In this document: positions 61,335 through 64,000 of the stretch, piece after piece | Position numbering within the stretch: the stretch's first letter is position 1 | Layout of the letters: each line of letters opens with the position of its first letter | NCBI RefSeq assembly: GCF_009914755.1 | Contig: NC_060943.1 | Reading direction: 5' to 3' (one strand) | Source of the DNA: the human T2T-CHM13v2.0 reference genome, Homo sapiens | Length of the DNA stretch: 64,000 bases | Translations under genes and position numbers: made by a program | The notes under the pieces: model-generated | What the model was told of the DNA's origin: nothing | The model's input: only the letters and a program-made list of their open reading frames with translations | Databases searched by the model: none

Positions 61335-61598
61335 TAAGCATCTTTAAAATAAATCAGGTAATAGAAAGTCTCAGCCCAAAATAGAGCCAAACATACATAA
61401 ATGTATATACAATACACAAAAGAACCAAATATAAAATCCAGAACTAAAACATACAATGAATAAAATGTTAAAACTCATTAGGTGTACTCAATAGCATAAT
61501 TGAGATGACAGAGTGAAAAGTTCACTGGAACTTGAGGATAGATCAATAGAAATATTCAACCTTAAAAACTAAGAAAAGATTGATTAAAAATTAATCTG

Positions 61599-61897
<299 letters not shown>

Positions 61898-63337
61898 TTA
61901 ATCTGTGGGATAAAATAGAAATGCCTAGCATTTGTTTCATCTGAGTCATAGAAAGAAATAATAAAAACTGCAGTGGAGACACAATATTTAAAGAAATAAT
62001 GTATAGAAACTCTTCAAGTTTGGGGGAAAAAATAAACCTACAGATTCAAGAAGCTCAGAAAATTGCAAACAGCGAAAACACAAATAAATCAATGCAAAGA
62101 CATATTACAATCAAACTTTGAAAATAAAGACAAAGAAAAAATCTTAAAAGCAGCCAGACAAAAAAAGATGCATTGCTTAAAAAAGGAAAACAGTACACAA
62201 GACAGTGGATTTCTCATCAAAAATTTCTGATACCAAAATAATAATAATAAAAAAATTTCAACCAAGAATTCTAGGTCCAAGAAAAATACTCTTCAGAAAT
62301 GTACATCAAAACCACAATAAGATACCACTTCACATCTACTAGGATGGCTATAATAAAAAAGAGACAATAACAAATGTTTGCGAGCAGGTGAAGAAATTGA
62401 AACCCTTACACATTGCTCATAGGAATATAAAATGATGCAGCTGCTTTGGAAAACAGTTTGGCAGCTCCTAAAAAAATTAAATATAGAGTTCCATATGCCC
62501 CAACAATTCTACTTCTAGGTATAGACCCAAGATAATTGAAAACACATATTTACACAAAAACTTATACATGAATATTCATAGCAGCACTATTCATAATAGC
62601 CAAAAGATACAAACACTCCAACTATCAATCAATTGATGAGTAGATAAATATAATATGTTATATCCATACAATGAAATGCTATTCTGCTGTAAAAAATACT
62701 TAAGTTCTGATACATGCTAATATGGATAAAACTCAAAGAAATTGTGCAAAGTGAAAGAAGCCAGAAAGAAACCGCCACATATTCTATGATTTCAGTTGTA
62801 GGCAATGTCCAGAATAGACAGATTCACAGAGACAGAAAGATTATTGATGGCTAGCGGCTAGGTAGAAAAGAAGAATGAACTGCTAATGTATACAGGGATT
62901 TTACGGGTGGTGGTGGTGATATAAAGGTTCTAGCTTTAGGTAATGGTGATAGTTGCACAACTTTGAGAATATGCAAAAAAAAAAAACAAAAAACAAATTG
63001 TGTACTTTAAAAAGGTACATTTTATGGTATGTGAAGTATGTTTCCAAAAAAAAGGAGAATAAAGAAGTTCTCATTTAAAGTAAAACCAAGAGAATTCATT
63101 GTCAGTGGACCTGCTCTAAGAGAATTGCTAAAGTAGTCACTAGACACAAAGGAAATGGTACCAGAAAGAAACTTCAGAGCAGAAATTTTAAAAAAGCAAA
63201 AGAAATTTAAAATATACGAAAAAATTGAGTAAACTATTCTTCTGTTGAATTCTTTAAAATATGTTATGTTTCAAAGTAAAACAATATTTTTAAATGAAAT
63301 TTCAAAGTATGTAGATGCAATACGTAATAAACATACA

Positions 63338-63743
<406 letters not shown>

Positions 63744-63862
63744 TTAAATGAAAATATTGTAATTACTAGGGCTACCACTTTTTTTAATTTAAAAAAAGTA
63801 CGTACACAATGAGATGTATTCAAAAACACAAGATATAGAATTGAATTAAAAATTATTAAATA

Positions 63863-64000
63863 AGCCGGGCACAGTGGCTCGCACCTGTAATCCCAGCACT
63901 TTGGAAGGCAGAGGCGGGCTGAGGTCAAGAACTCAAGACCAGCCTGGCCAACATGGTGAAACCCCGTCTCTACTAAAAATACAAAAATTAGCTGGGCGTG
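63863..64000 (+). mobile_element. AluS, cut by window end
   Basis: Left arm and linker. Confidence 0.88.

Overview
Primate (very likely human) genomic DNA, non-coding and repeat-dense. I see no cellular protein-coding exon, RNA gene or CpG island; the ORF track is almost entirely Alu, L1 or ERV read-through or chance ORFs. The window holds about 30 Alus (J, S, Y), many L1/L2/MIR fragments, hAT DNA-transposon remnants and about 10 solo LTRs. Larger structures: (1) a two-LTR MER41A provirus (52055-59177) with PBS, PPT, a U5 extension shared by both LTRs, and an internal region that looks GA>AA hypermutated (APOBEC3-like); (2) a decayed class III ERV-L PR-RT-RNaseH-IN region (41-43 kb); (3) a twin-primed, 5'-inverted L1PA with TSD (25.3-26.5 kb). 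Structure not explained by repeats includes a ~100-bp inverted copy with a 48-bp perfect core 1.9 kb from its source, a dispersed 21-bp perfect repeat, a 24-bp perfect tandem duplication beside a G4 motif, and a tandem duplication creating two CACGTG E-boxes. Repeat subfamily names come from my memory of consensus sequences and need RepeatMasker/Dfam confirmation. I cannot support a wholly new biological system here.
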